Assembly: GCF_020745735.1 (NCBI RefSeq)
Contig: NC_083409.1
Location: 16,168,789 to 16,232,788, forward strand
From: Hemiscyllium ocellatum
Lineage: Eukaryota
DNA length: 64,000 bases
Direction of reading: 5' to 3'
In this document: positions 36,912-50,068 of the stretch, piece by piece
Position numbering within the stretch: position 1 is the stretch's first letter
Layout: the number at the start of each line of letters is the position of its first letter
Notes under the pieces: generated by a model
Database searches by the model: none
Told to the model about the DNA's origin: nothing
The model's input: only the letters and a program-made list of their open reading frames with translations
Translations under genes and position numbers: made by a program

Positions 36912-38440
36912 AAGGAGGGCCATGTTTACTGGTCTCTTCTGGAGCATCCAGTGGGAAGGAGGTCCCTGTTTATTGGTGTCTATTGGAGGTTCCAGTGGAA
37001 AGAGGTCCATGTTTATTGGTGTCTATTGGAAGGTGGTCCATGTATACATCATTAAAGAGTCATAGAGGTTTACAGCATGGGACCAGGCCGTTCAGCTCAA
37101 CTCATCCATGCCGACCAAGTATCCAAAACTGAACTAGTCCCATTTGCATGTGTTTGGCCCAATTCTCTCTAAATCCTTCCTATCCATGTTCCTGTAAAAA
37201 TGTCCTTGAAATGTAGTAATTGTACTCACCTCTACGAATTCTTCTGGCAGCTCATTACACATACACACTAACCTCTGTGTGAAAATGTTGCCTCTCAGTT
37301 TCCTACTAATTTTTTCCCCTCTCAACTTAAGTTACTCCTTCTAGTACTGGACTCTCCTACCCTGAGGAAAAGACTTTGACTATTCACCTTATCTATGACC
37401 CTCATGATTCTATAAACCTCTATAAGGTCACCCCTCAATCTCCTGCATTCCTTGGAAAAACATCTTGGCCTATTCATCCTCATCTTGTAATTCAAATCCT
37501 CCAATCTTGATAACATCCCTGTTAATCTTTCTTGTATTCAAACCACTGTCATAACTTCCTTCCTATAGCAGGATGAGCAGAAATGTACTGTGTCCAAATG
37601 TGGCCTTCCCAATGCCTTGTACAGCTGTAACATGATGTCCCAGCTCCTGTACTCCCTGCTTTGACCAGTGTAGGTGAGCATGCCAAATACTTTCTTCACC
37701 ACCCTGTCTACCTGTGACCCCACTTCCAAGGAACTATGTACCTGTACCCCTCAGTCTCTCTGTTCAACAACACTCCCCATGGCTCTACCATTAATTGTGT
37801 AATTCCTGCCCTGGTTTGTCTTTCCAAAATGCAACTCCTTCCATTTATCAAAATTTCCATCTGGATTTGTTGACCCACTGGCCCAGTTGATCAAGATGAC
37901 ATTGCACTCTTGGATAACCTTCTTCCCTGTCCACTATGCCAACAATTTTAACATCAGCCACAAACTTACTGACCATTCCTGCTATTTTCTCATCCAAATT
38001 GTTCATATAAATGATGAACAACAGTGGATCCAGGATCGATTCTTTTGACAGGCAGTTGGTCACTGGCCTCCAGTCTGAAGAACAACCCTCTCTCACCAGC
38101 CTCAGCCTCCTATCATCAGGCCAATTTTATATCCAATTGGTGAGCTCTCCCTGGATCCTGTGTGATATAATCTTACTGAGCAGTCTACCATAGGGAACCT
38201 TGTATTAACTCCATGTAGACAGAGTGTACTACTCCATCTTTACCTATCTTCTTGCTTACTTCTTCAAAAACTCAACCATCTACTCATCTCCATTGGAAGT
38301 TCCAGTGATTAGGAGGCCCATATTTATTGATCTGTCTTGGAGGATCCAGTCAGAAGGAGACCAATGTTTACTGGTCTCTAGTGGAGGCTCTTGCAGGAAG
38401 GAGGCCATGTTTACTGGACTCTGTAGGAGAGTCCAGTGCA
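36912..38440 (+). repeat. Degenerate ~43-bp minisatellite (about 3 units at 36912-37043 and 3 at 38290-38440) split by a minus-strand CR1 fragment
   Basis: Repeated AGGAGGNCCATGTTTA(T/C)TGGT..TCT..TGGAGG..CCAGTG units. Confidence 0.7.
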
Positions 38441-40330
38441 TCATGGACTCCAAGGTGAGTGTGGGGTTCAGTTCCTTTCTGTTGTAACTGTGTAATGGTT
38501 CAACCCACATCCCAGTAAAACACCCTGACTCAGAGACTGATCATGGAAAGGGAAAGAGAGGGGTAGGAGAGGGGAAGGGATTGGAAAATATTGTGAATGG
38601 ACAGGCTGGATCAGTGGGTCAGAGCCTGTGCTGCCCCCCCACCCAGCTCACACTGATGGCCTGAGGATCTCCTCTCTCTGCTGGGCCTTCATGGAATGAG
38701 CTTTGTGTCCAAACCAGTCTCCAGTGAGAACAGGCCAAAAGCACAGAACTGCCCTTCATTTGACAAGAATCTAGCCATCTTTCTGAGAGAGGCCAAATCC
38801 AGGTCAATGTGGAAAATGGGGCCTTAATCCAGGGGAAAACATGCTTCTGGGGTCAAGGGTTAACATCCATGAGTGGGGCAGAGAGAGGGAGATTCATCCT
38901 GAATTCAACTGCCACAACCTGGGACACTGTGAGAAAGAGAGAGAAGTGAGTCAGAGACAAAGGGTGAGTGTCTGTACGTGTGTGTGTGTGTGTGTGTGTG
39001 TGTGACAGAGAGAGAGAGAGAGAGAAAGTGAGAGACATGAGTATGATTAGAAACAGAATGACAGAGAGGGAGGGAGTGCGACTGTAGATTGGGAATACAG
39101 AGAGGGAGGGAGAGAGACAGAGGGAGGTATAGAGAGGAGAGATAACAGAGGATTTAAATTGAAGCGAGAGAGGGAAGGAGTTATGGAGACAGTGAGAGAT
39201 GGAAAAATAAAAATTATGAGATGGAGTGAGAAAGCATGAGTGAATTGGGGAGAGTGGCTATGAGACAGAGTGAGAGAGAGAGAGAACATGAATGAGATTA
39301 ACAGTAGGAGAGAGAGGGATAGAGAGAAAGAAGTGGCAGATGTGAGACAGAGAGAGAGAGAGAGAGAGGTGGATAGGTCCTGGTCACCACATTCTGGGAA
39401 GGATGTGACTGTACTTGAGAGGGTGCAGAGATTTACCAAGATGCTGCCTGGGATGGAGGGTCAGCTGTGGGGAAATCTTGGAAAGGTTGGGATCGTTTCC
39501 TTGGAGCAGTGAAGGCTGAGAGGGGACATGATAGAGGGGGATAAGATTATTTGGGGCAGTGATAGCGTGGGTAAGAAGGCACTTTATATATCAGTAAAGT
39601 ACTCAATAACCTGTGTCCCAGGTAACACAGACATGGACACAGAAACTCGGAACTGGAGTAGGCCTTTTGGCCCTTTGAGCTTGCTCTGTCATTCAGTATG
39701 ATCATGGCTGATCCTCCATCTCAAAACCATATTCCTGCTTTCTCCCCATTCCCTTCATGCTGTTAAAATGCAAAACAATTATCTCTCTCCTTTTCTTGAA
39801 TTTATTCAGTTCCTTGGGTTCCACAGTTGTCCTACCCTTTGAGTGAAGAAATGTTTCCTCATCTCAGTCCTAAATGGTCTACCCTGTATCCCCCTGAGAC
39901 TGGGTCCCCTGATTCCAGACTTCCCAACCAGGGGAAACCTCCTCCCTGCCCAGCCCTGTTAGAATTTTATACATCTCAATCAGATTCCCTCTCATCCTTC
40001 TGAACTTGAGTGAGTCCAGGCCCAGTCAAATTGGAGTGAGAGGAGAATTGAGGAGAAATGTTTTCACCCAGAGGGTGGTGGGAGTCTGGAACTCACTGCC
40101 TGAAAGGCTGGTTGAGTCACAAACTCTCGTGACACTGGAGCAGTGTTTAGATATTCCCTTGTGTTGCTGTAGCCTCCAGGGTGATGGGTCAAGAGCTGGA
40201 GGATGGGATTAGTGTCATCAGATCTTTGTTTACTCACACAGACACAATGGGCCAAATGGCCTCATTCAATGTTGTTCACATCAATGATTCTCTGAGAGAG
40301 CGCGAGAGAGCGAGAGAGAGAGAGAGAGAA

Positions 40331-40425
40331 GGAAGTGTGAGGGGCTGACGTGGCTCTCTCTGCCTGATGCCATTTACATACTGAGGAACACCCAGTCAGA
40401 CTCTCACAGGCTGCAGCTTTATAAA
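40331..40425 (+). promoter_or_regulatory. V2 promoter: GGAAGTG, TGACGTG, ATTTACAT (40372-40379), TTTATAAA (40418-40425)
   Basis: Same motif set and spacing as the V1 promoter. Confidence 0.7.
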
Positions 40426-40485
40426 GCAGAGCCCAGTGAAGGGAGAATTTATCAGGAACCAGGCACAGGGACAGGAGCACACACC

Positions 40486-40534
40486 ATGATTTCACACATC
40501 CAGTTAATCTGGCCCCTGGCATTCTGTATCGCAG
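40486..40534 (+). CDS. IGKV: Ig kappa-type cluster 2 leader exon (MISHIQLIWPLAFCIA+G)
   Basis: ATG at 40486, 49 nt, GCAG|GTACAA donor, 186-bp intron as in cluster 1. Confidence 0.92.
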
Positions 40535-40720
40535 GTACAAATCTCTCTCCTTCCACCTTGAATCTTTAGCTGCTCTCCACTTGACTCCAATTCCACTGAC
40601 TTGTGATTGAAGGGAAAATGCTGAAACCAGAGGAATGCTCAGTGTCTCCAACAATCTCTCATTTGACCGGCTCTTTCTGTGACAGTTCTGACTTCACTGT
40701 GTTTCTCTCTGACCCCTCAG

Positions 40721-41015
40721 GTATCAGTGGGGACATCATCATGACCCAGTCTCCCCGGTGCTGTCAGTGGGACTGGGCCAGACTGCAACCACCACCTGTA
40801 TGACCAGTCAAAGCATTAGCAGCAACCTTGCTTGGTACCAGCAGCGAGAAGGTCAGAAACCCTCTCTCCTGATCTATGATGCAGCAACTCGATTCACAGG
40901 AGTCTCCGATCGATTCACCGGCAGTGGATCAGGGACCAGTTTCACCCTGACAATCAGCAACGTTCAGAATGAGGATGTCGCTGACTATTACTGTCAGCAG
41001 TATAGCAGCAGCCTT
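40721..41015 (+). pseudogene. IGKV: Ig kappa-type V exon, cluster 2, frameshifted as assembled
   Basis: TCTCCCCGG has 4 C where V1 has 5, a -1 shift in FR1 near 40753; the rest reads [14 protein letters not shown]...[10 protein letters not shown]; its RSS heptamer is also mutated. Confidence 0.8.
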
Positions 41016-41043
41016 TACAGTGATACAGAGCCATACAAAAACC
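41016..41043 (+). other. V2 12-RSS with mutated heptamer (TACAGTG)
   Basis: TACAGTG + ATACAGAGCCAT + ACAAAAACC; first heptamer base is T instead of C. Confidence 0.9.
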
Positions 41044-41487
41044 TCAATATGCACAACACCACCTCCTGTACTGACACATCCAACAGTTATATGAAATGTA
41101 TAATAAGGGACAGATAGTCCCACCTCTTGCACTGACACGTCCACAGTTATATATAAAGTAAATTGAACAAATTACCCCATGCTGGGATTGTCACTGTCCA
41201 CTACACACTCCAGTCCCTGTGGTGTCCACCGCTCACTGAAGGCCTCAAGTTTCCCTCTTACACTCCATGGCCACATGTGAAGAACAGCTGCAAGATTTAA
41301 CAATGAAAACTAAATTTCACAAACCCCCGAGAGTAGCTGGACACAACCCAGGGAGACAGAGAGAGAAAGACACATGAATGAGGGAGAGACAGAGAGGGGT
41401 AGGGAGTGAATGAGATTGACCAAGAATAGACAGAGACAGAGAGAGACAGGGAGAGGTTGAGAGTGACAGGGGGAAGCAGAGAGCAGA

Positions 41488-41526
41488 GGTTTTTATACAG
41501 CCTCTGCACTGGGAGCTCTCACTGTG
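41488..41526 (+). other. J2 23-RSS with variant nonamer
   Basis: GGTTTTTAT + 23 bp + CACTGTG. Confidence 0.92.
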
Positions 41527-41561
41527 GTACACGTTCGGTAAAGGAACCAAACTCAGACTGA
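41527..41561 (+). CDS. IGKJ: Ig kappa-type J segment, cluster 2 (YTFGKGTKLRL), non-canonical GC donor
   Basis: FGxGT motif; CTGA|GCAAGT where J1 and J3 have CTGA|GTAAGT. Confidence 0.9.
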
Positions 41562-41999
41562 GCAAGTAAACCTCAATTGTCCGTTATTAACCCTGTCAAT
41601 ACTGAAATACACTTTCTAAAACACAAATGCTGAATTGTTGAAGGTGTTAGTGGGGAGCTGCAGTGAATGAAATGGTTGATTGAGGAGCACTGTGGCGAAC
41701 AGGGTGTCCAGCTGTACTTCTTTAGTTCCATTGCCCCGCTTAAGCAGCAAGACAGAAGTCAGTCAGTTTTACTCACTGTGTGGAGGAGCTCTGTCCATTT
41801 TCAGCCTGTGGTCCCATTCCTGCAGCATGGAGTGAAATCAGTGAGTAGCCTCCTGCCAGTCTCAGTGTGACAGACTCAGGGCAGATTTTGATGTGAGCTC
41901 TGGCTCCCTGTCCCAGTCTCTGATCTCACTGACCTCAGCAGCAGCAGCAGCAGCACAGTGAGACACCGAGCTCCCACCTCCCCCAGCTTTAACTCTGCT

Positions 42000-44900
42000 C
42001 AATCACACAATCACAGAATTGTTACAGTGCACAAGGAGACCATTCCACCCATCCTGTCTGGACCGGCTCTCTGAATGAGCAATTCACTGAGTGTCATTCT
42101 CCTGCCTTCTCCCTGTCACCCTGCACATTGTTCCTTTTCAAATAACATTCTCATTCCCTTCGGAATGTTTTAATTGAAGCTGCCTCCACCACACTCTCAG
42201 GCAGTGCATTCCACACCTTAACCACTCACTGGCTAAAAATGTTGTTCCCCATCTCACTTTTGTTACTTTTCCCAATTGCTTTCGATCTGTGGTCTCTTGG
42301 TCTGAATCCTTTCTTAATTGGGAACATTTTCTCCCTATTTACTCTGTCCAGGCCCTTCCTGACTCTGAATTCCTTGAACAAATCTCCTCTCAGCCTTCTC
42401 CAAAGAAGACAGTCCCAAATTCTCCAATCAAACTTCATAACTGATGTTCCTCATCCCTGGAATGATCTTTGGGAACAATTTTTGCCATCGCTACAAAACA
42501 TTCGCCTCCTTCCAGAATTCTTCACATTATCTATGTCCCTCATGATTTTCCAAACCTCTACAAGGTCACTCCTCAGAACCTTCCGCTTCAGGGTAAGAAG
42601 TCTCAGCTTTTCCAGCAACTCATAGTCACAGAGTCATACCGCGTGGAAACAGACCTTTCAGTCCAACTTGTCCATGCTAACCAAATATCCTAAACTGATC
42701 TCATCCCATTTGCCAGCATTTGGCTTACATCTCTCGAAAACCAGCCTATCCATGTACCCATCCCAATGTGTTTTAAATGCTGTAATTGTATCCACCTCCA
42801 ACACTTTCTCTGGCAGCTCAATCCAGACACGCACCACCCTCTGTGTGACAAGTTACCCCTCAGGTCCCTTTTGAATCTTTTGCCTCTCACCTTAAACTTA
42901 TGTCCTCTTGTTTTGGAATCCCTTTTCCACGGAAAAGACCTTGGATATACACCCAGTTCATGCCCCTCATGGTTTTATAAACATCTATAACGTCACCCCG
43001 AGGCCTTAGATGCTGCAGGGAATATAGCCCCAGTTTCTTCAGCCTTTCCCGACAGCTCGAACCCTCCAAATCCTGGCCACATCCTTGTAAGTCTTTTCTG
43101 CAGCTTTTTAAGTTTAACGACATCCTTCCTACCTCAGGATGATAGAATTGTTCACATCATTCCCAAAGTGGCCTCACCAATCTCCTGTACTGCTGTAACA
43201 TTATGTTCCAACTCCTGTACTCAATGCAGTGATGAACAAAAGCAAGCAAACCAAACACCTTCTTCATCACCCTGTCTACCTGTGACCCCACTTTCAAGGA
43301 ATAATGTACCTGCATCTTCACCCCTAGGTCTGTTATTCAGCAACACTCCACAGGGCCCTCCCATTAACTGTATAACTCCTGCCCTGGTTTGCCTTTCCAA
43401 AATGCAACATCTCACATTTATCTAAACTGAACTCCATTTGCCACTCTTCTGCCCATTGCCCCATCTGATCAAGGTCCCGCTGTACCCTGAGATAATCTTC
43501 TTCACTATCCACTGTCCCACCAATTTTGGTGTCATTTACAAACTTACCGTAACTCCTATATTCACATCCAAATCATTTCTTTAAATGATGAAAAGCATTT
43601 GTGGACTCAGCACCAATCCTTGTGGCACACAGCTATTCACAGATCTCCAGTCTGAAAAGCAACCTTTTCCCACCACTCTCTGCCTCCAATCTTCAAGCCA
43701 ATTTTTTGACTCCAATGGCTCGCTCCCCCTGGATCCCATGTGGTCTAACCTCACAACCAGTCTATCATGTGGAACCTTGTCAAACACTTTACTCTGAAGT
43801 CCATATTGACAATGTCTACTGTTCTGTCTTCATCAATTCTTTTGGTCACCTCCTGAATCAAATTCAGGAGACATGATTTCCTATGCACAAAGCCACACTG
43901 ATTATCCAAACGATGTAAATCCTGTCCCACAGAATCCACTCCAACATCTTACCCAGCACTGACATCAGGCTCACTGGTCTATAGTTCCCTTGCTTTTCCT
44001 TTCAGAAATAATGGCATAATCTTAGCCAACCTCTCTGTTTCTCCAGCACCTTATCCATGGTTGCCGATGATACATATATCTCAGCAAGGGTCCCAAAAAT
44101 CACTTCCCCAGTTGCCACAATGTTCTGGGATACACCTGATCAGGTCCTAGGGTTTATCTACCTTTATGTGTTTTAAGATCTTTAGCGTCTCCTCATTTAT
44201 ATGTGTTCTCTTTTCAAGACATCACTATTTTTCCAAATTCCCTAGCTTTCCCCACAATATATACTGACCTAAAATATTTGTTCAGGATCTCACCCATCTC
44301 TTGTGTCTTACCAAAATATAGCACTCCCATTTATCTGAATTAAACTCCATCTGCCAGTCCACAGCTGACTGGCCCAGTTGGTCAAGATTCCATTGTATTC
44401 TTAGACAGCCTTCTTCACTGCCAATGATTAGATTAGATTCTCTACAGTGTGGAAACAGGCCCTTTGGCCCAACAAGTCCACACTGATCTCCGAAGAGTAA
44501 CCCACCCAGACCCATTTCCCTCTCAGTAATGCATCAAACACTATGGACAATTTAGCATGGCCAATTCACCTGACCTGCACACCTCTGGACTGTGGAAGGA
44601 AACCAGAGCACCCGGAGGAAAAACACGCAGACACAGGGAGAATGTGCAAACTCCACACAGACAGTCACCCAAGGCTGGATTCAAACCTGGGACCCTGGTA
44701 CTATAAGGCTGCAGTGCTAACCACTGAGCCACCATGCTGACCCCCACCCCTGAGCCACCACTAAGCCACCAATGCCACCTGAAAATTCACCTAAACACAC
44801 TTTTGCCAGTCTGGTCACTATATTCAGAAATTAAAGACCCCCCCCCATTTATAACGGCTCTATCATATTTGCAGGTCTCTGTAAATTCCTTGCATTTGTA

Positions 44901-47900
44901 TTTCTCCACATCCTTCCCACTGGGTGGTGACTTATTGACTGCTGTGAGGATTCTGTGGTCCTTGGTGTTCCTCTCTGATATTTGCCCCTGGCTCCCACAG
45001 CCCTGCCAAGTTAGTTTAAACCCTCTCTAACAGTAGTAAACCACCTCACAAAAATCTAAAGCCCTCCCTCATGGATCCTCTTTCCAGCCCAGCAATCACC
45101 TGTGTTCACCTCCTGATTCTATTCTCACTTGTGTGGGGTGCTGCAAATGTGTTGCTGGAAAAGCGCAGCAGGTCAGGCAGCATCCAAGGAGCAGGAGAGT
45201 CGACGTTTCGGGCCTGAGCCCTTCTTCACTTGCGTGGGGCACTGGGAGTAATCTGGAGATTCCTACTTTTGAGTTCCTGCTACTAATTAGCAGCAGGAAC
45301 TCAAAAGTAGGAAGCTCCCAGATTACTTAAAAGTAGGAAGCTCCAAAACCTCTGACTGCAGGACTACATCCCTTTTCTCCCTCTGTCACTGGGACCGATG
45401 TGGACCACGAACTGCTGCCTGTTCCCCCTCTCCCTCAGGGTGGTCTGCAGCCGCTCAGTGATATCCTTGACGCTGGCACCAGGGAGACAACACACCATCC
45501 TGGATTCCCATCTGCAGCTGCAGAAACACCTATCGACTGCCTTCACTCTCCAATCTCCTCTCACTATCACTCTTCCAGTCTTCCTTGTGCCCCCTGTACA
45601 GCTGAGCCCCCCGTGGTGCCAGGGACTTCGCCCTGGCTACACTCCCCAGATGAACCATCATTCGCATCAGGATTCTGAACTGAATCCTGGTTGGAGAGTA
45701 GGATGTCTGGGGATTCCTGTACTAGCTGCCTGGTCCTTTTGGACTGTCTGCTGCTCCCCCATTCCCTCTCTCCCTGCATACTCTGAAGCTGCGGAGTGAC
45801 CACATCTAGAAACGTGCTCTTCACGGACCTCTCAGCCTCACGGACGCTCCGCACTGACACCAGCTGCTGCTCAAGCTCCAAAACCGGAGCTCCAACTGCT
45901 GTCACTGACCACACTTCCTGTACTCATGGTATTCCAGGAGCTGGGAAACATTCTGAAGTTCCCACATGGATGCACACTCTCTCCACTCTTGGATTATCTC
46001 TTTGCAAAGTTCTGATGACAAACAGCTACTACAGCAGGGCTCAGAGTCCAGTGTTCAGTGGGTTCAGTGTTCCAGGGTTTTGGAGAAACTCTCCAAAAGA
46101 CTTTAAGAAATAGGAGCAGAAATCAGCCATTCAGCCCATTGAATCTGCTCTGCCATTTGATCTTGGCAGATATGCTTCTCACCCCATTCTCTGCCTACTC
46201 CACAGGAACTTTCCATCCCCTTAACAATCACGAACCTATCTATCTCTGTCTTAAATACACTCAGTGACTTGGCCTCCCTGCCCTCTGTAACAATGAGTTC
46301 CACAGATTCACCACCCTCTGGCTGAAGAAATTCCTCCTCATCTCAGCTCTAAAGGGTCGGCCCTTCATTCTGAGGCTGTGCCTTGGTTAGCGAGTCTCTC
46401 CTGTTTTCGGAAACATCTTCTCCACATCCACTCTATCCAGGTCTATCTGTATTCTGCAAATTTCAATAAGATCCCGCCTCGTCCTTCTAAACTCCATTGA
46501 GTACAGACCCAGAGTCCTTAACCACGCTCATATGACAAGCCCTCCATCCCCAGGATCATTCTTGTAAACCCCTCCAATGCCAGCACATTGTTTCTTAGAA
46601 TATGGGTCCTAAATCTGTTCACAATATTCCAAATTCAGTCTGACCAGAGCCTTACACAGCCTCAGCAGTACATCTCTGCCCTTGTATTCTGGCCTATTGA
46701 AATGAATGCTAATATTTCATTTGCTTCCCAAGCACAAACTGTACCTGCCTGTTCACCTTAAGAAAATCCTGAATGAGGTTTGTGCTTTAGATTTCCAAAG
46801 GCTTTCCTCATTTAGAAAATACCTCCACACCCTGACTCCATTGATTCCTGAAAGATCATCAAAAATGTCTCCACAATCTCCTCAGTGATCTCCTTCAGAA
46901 CACACTGGTGTAATTCATCTAGTCTGGGTGAGTTATCCACACTCAGACATTTCAGCTTCCCCAGTACCTCCTCCTTAGTAATGGCCACTGCTCTCACCTC
47001 TGTCCCCTGACAGTCTTGAAGTACTGGACACTGCTGGTGTTTTCCATTGTGCAGACTGATGTAATGTATGTATTCAATTCCTCTGCTTTTTCTTCATTTC
47101 CTATTATTCTTTTTCCAATGTCTATTTCTGCCTCCATCTTCCTTTTTATATATCTGATGAAACTCTTGCAATCTTCTTTTATATTACTGGCTCGCTTTCC
47201 CCCACATTTCACCTTCTGTACCCTGATTTTTTTTTTAGTTATCCTCTACAGGTTTTTAAAGACTTCCTAATCCTCTGGCCTCCCACTATTTTCCACCACA
47301 TTGTGTGCTTTTTCTTTTGCTTTTATGCTGTCCTTGACCTCCCTCATCAGCCATGGTTACATTGTCCTCCCCTTAGTGTGTTTCTTCTTTTTTGGGATGA
47401 ATTCCTACTCTGCTTCCTGAATTACCCCCAGAAACTCTGCTGTTTGCTGCCACACCATCTTACCTGCTCGGCTCCCCTTCCAATCAACTCTGGCCAGCTC
47501 CTTCCTCACGTCTTTGTCGTTCCCTTTACTCAACTGAAATACTGTTCCATCTGATTACAGCTTCTCCCTCTCAAACTACAGGGGGAATTCTATCGTATTA
47601 TGGTCACTTATCCAGAGGGACACTTTCACCTTCAGCTCACTAATCAAGTTTGCCTCATTACACATCACTGAATCCAGAACTGCCTGTTCCAAACCGCAAG
47701 CTGTTTCAAAAACCATCTCATAGACATTCCATGAAATCTTTTTGTTGAGACGTGCTACCCAATCCACCTCTCCATTTTTTTAATGGATTTTCTGTCTCCT
47801 GATTGATTTCCTTCCCCACACCCTGTTTACTGCTTGGAGACCTGAACTTGCATCAGATTCTTTATTTCTTGGGTTCCTCAACTCTCCCCACACAGATTCT

Positions 47901-49500
47901 ACACCTTCTGACTGTATCTTTCTTGCTATTGATTTAAAGTCATTTCTTACTAACAAGGCAACTCCTGTCCCTCTGCTCTTCTGCCTGTCTTTTTGATAGG
48001 ATATGTATCCTTGGATATTTAGTTTCCAGCCGGATCCCCTTACAGCCATGTCCTGTGATACCCACAACATTGTACCTGCCAGTTTCAATCTGCACTACAA
48101 GCTCATTGTGTATACTTGTGCATTTAAGTACAACACCCTCAGTCCTGCATTGACTGCCCTCCTTCTCATCATTGTTCCTCTTATCTGCTGTGCTTGACAT
48201 TTGATTCCTGATCCCTTCCATGCTCTCAGTCCTATTACATCTTCCAGAATCTTTGCTAACCTCTCCTGAGCCCTCCTCCACTTTAACTAGTTTAATTACT
48301 TGGAAACTCAATTTACCTCGATTTGGGGCATCACTTTGTCTCCCTGACTCGGAATGCTTCGTGCATTTAGACACAAAATCTTTAAGGTTGATCTATTCTT
48401 GACTTTCCCTGCACTTTTATGGTTCTTTGATATTCAAAAATTCCTCCCTTCCTTTTATTTTTTGGTAACAATCAATCCCATCACTAACCAGCAATCCTAC
48501 CTTCTCCTTTACCTTCCATTTTCTCATTTTCCATCCAACTGAACCAAATTCCTTTCTCTTTGGGTTGAGTTCAGGACAATATTTATCCTTGAACCAAAAT
48601 CATGAAGAATGCTCTTTGATCCATTGCTTCCAGTGGGATCTTGCTGTGTAGAAATTGGCTGTCCCTTTCCTGAAATTGCAACAGTGACTGGTTTTCAAGC
48701 AAAGTGTAACTGTCTTTGGGAGAGTCTGAGGTGCTGAGGGCTTGATTGAAACACAATTAGAGTCAGGGAGATGTACAGCATGGAAACAGACTCTTCGATC
48801 TGACTCATCCATGTCAACCACAGAGACATAGAGTCATAGTGTCAGAGAGATGTACAGCACAGAAATAGATCCTTCTGTGTAACTTGTCCATGCCGACCAG
48901 ATAACCTAAATTAATCTAGTCCCATTTGTCAGTATTTGGCCCATATCCTTCTAAACCTTCCTATTCATATACTCACCCAAATGCCTTTTAAATGTTATCA
49001 TACCAGCCTCCAACTTCCTCTGGCAGCTCATTCCAAAAATGTACCACTCTCGGCAGGAAAACATTATGCCTTAGTTCCCGTTTAAATCATTCTCCTGATA
49101 CTTTCCACCTATGCCTCTAGTTCTGGACTCCTTCACTCTGACCAAAATATCTTCTCTATTCACTTGATCAATGCCCCTCATTATGTTAGAAACCTCGATA
49201 TGGTCATCCCTCAGCCTCCAGCGATCCAGGGAAAATAGCCTCAGCCTATTCAGCCTCTCCCGATCGCACAACCCTCCAACTTGGCAACATCTATGGAAAT
49301 CTTTTCTGAACCATTTTTCCTACAGCAGGGAGGCCAGAATTCCACACAGTATTCCAAAAGGGGCCAAACTAATGTCCTGTACAGGTGCAACAGCTCCAAC
49401 TCCAATACTCAATGCATTGCCCAATAAAGGAAAGCATGCCAAATGACTTTGTCACTCCCTACCTACCTGCAACTCCACTTTCAAGGAACTAATCTTTTTT
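42000..49500 (-). mobile_element. CR1-type LINE remnants in the J2-C intron, inverted homologues of 1-8100, with a SINE at 44425-44740
   Basis: Minus-strand ORF fragments mirror those at 600-8100; SINE with A-box-like CAGTGGTTAGCAC and B-box-like GGTTTGAATCC. Confidence 0.8.
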
Positions 49501-49584
49501 GGGATGAACTGGAAGTCTTTCAGTTGTGCTTTTCCTAATCACCCTGTTCAGAAACAAACTTCTTGCTTTCACACTCAACTAAAA

Positions 49585-49925
49585 ATAAGATAAAGGAGGT
49601 GATGATTTAATGGTACTATTGCTGAGCTGTTCATCCAGAGATCCAGATTAATGTTCTGGGGGCCAGGGTTAGAATCCTGTGCAGCAGATGGTGGAATGTG
49701 AATTCAATAAAAAATCTGCAATTAAGTGTCGAATGATGACCATGAAACAATTGTTGATTGTCAGGAAAAAGCCATCTGATTCCCTGATGTCCTTTTAGGG
49801 AAGGAAACTGCCATCCTTACCATGTGACTCCAGACCCACAGCAATGTGGTTGACTCTAAACTGCCCTCTGGGTGATTAGGGATGGGCAATAAATGCTGAT
49901 CCTATCAGTGACACTCACATCCCAA
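49585..49925 (+). mobile_element. Probable SINE-like element just upstream of the C exon
   Basis: B-box-like GGTTAGAATCC; 3' part CAATGTGGTTGACTCT..CTGCCCTCTG..AGGGATGGGCAATAAATGCTG resembles 12400-12430 and 14450-14520. Confidence 0.45.
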
Positions 49926-50068
49926 GAAGCAATTTAAACAATGCCTGTTTTTTTTCTGGGGTTTGTTAGGTATTGGCTACAAATGTTCAAACATTTTATC
50001 AGTGAATATTCTGAGAGTTGAAATCCCTTCAAATGGCAGGGATTAAAATTGTTTCTCTTGTCTTTCAG

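Larger units (their letters stand above)
34030..49050 (-). repeat. Right arm of an older inverted duplication, homologous to about 1-15700
   Basis: Shared V/J units, shared CR1 insertions in the J-C intron and shared upstream blocks (11560-11900 vs 38580-38930; 14790-15700 vs 34030-34920) in reverse complement, interrupted by arm-specific insertions. Confidence 0.88.

Noticed and set aside
36912-38440. CRISPR-like array
   Set aside because: Vertebrate DNA; units are degenerate and adjacent with no unique spacers.
41774-41780. CACTGTG downstream of J2 as a possible second J RSS
   Set aside because: No nonamer and no FGxG after it; it is CACCGTG in clusters 1 and 3.
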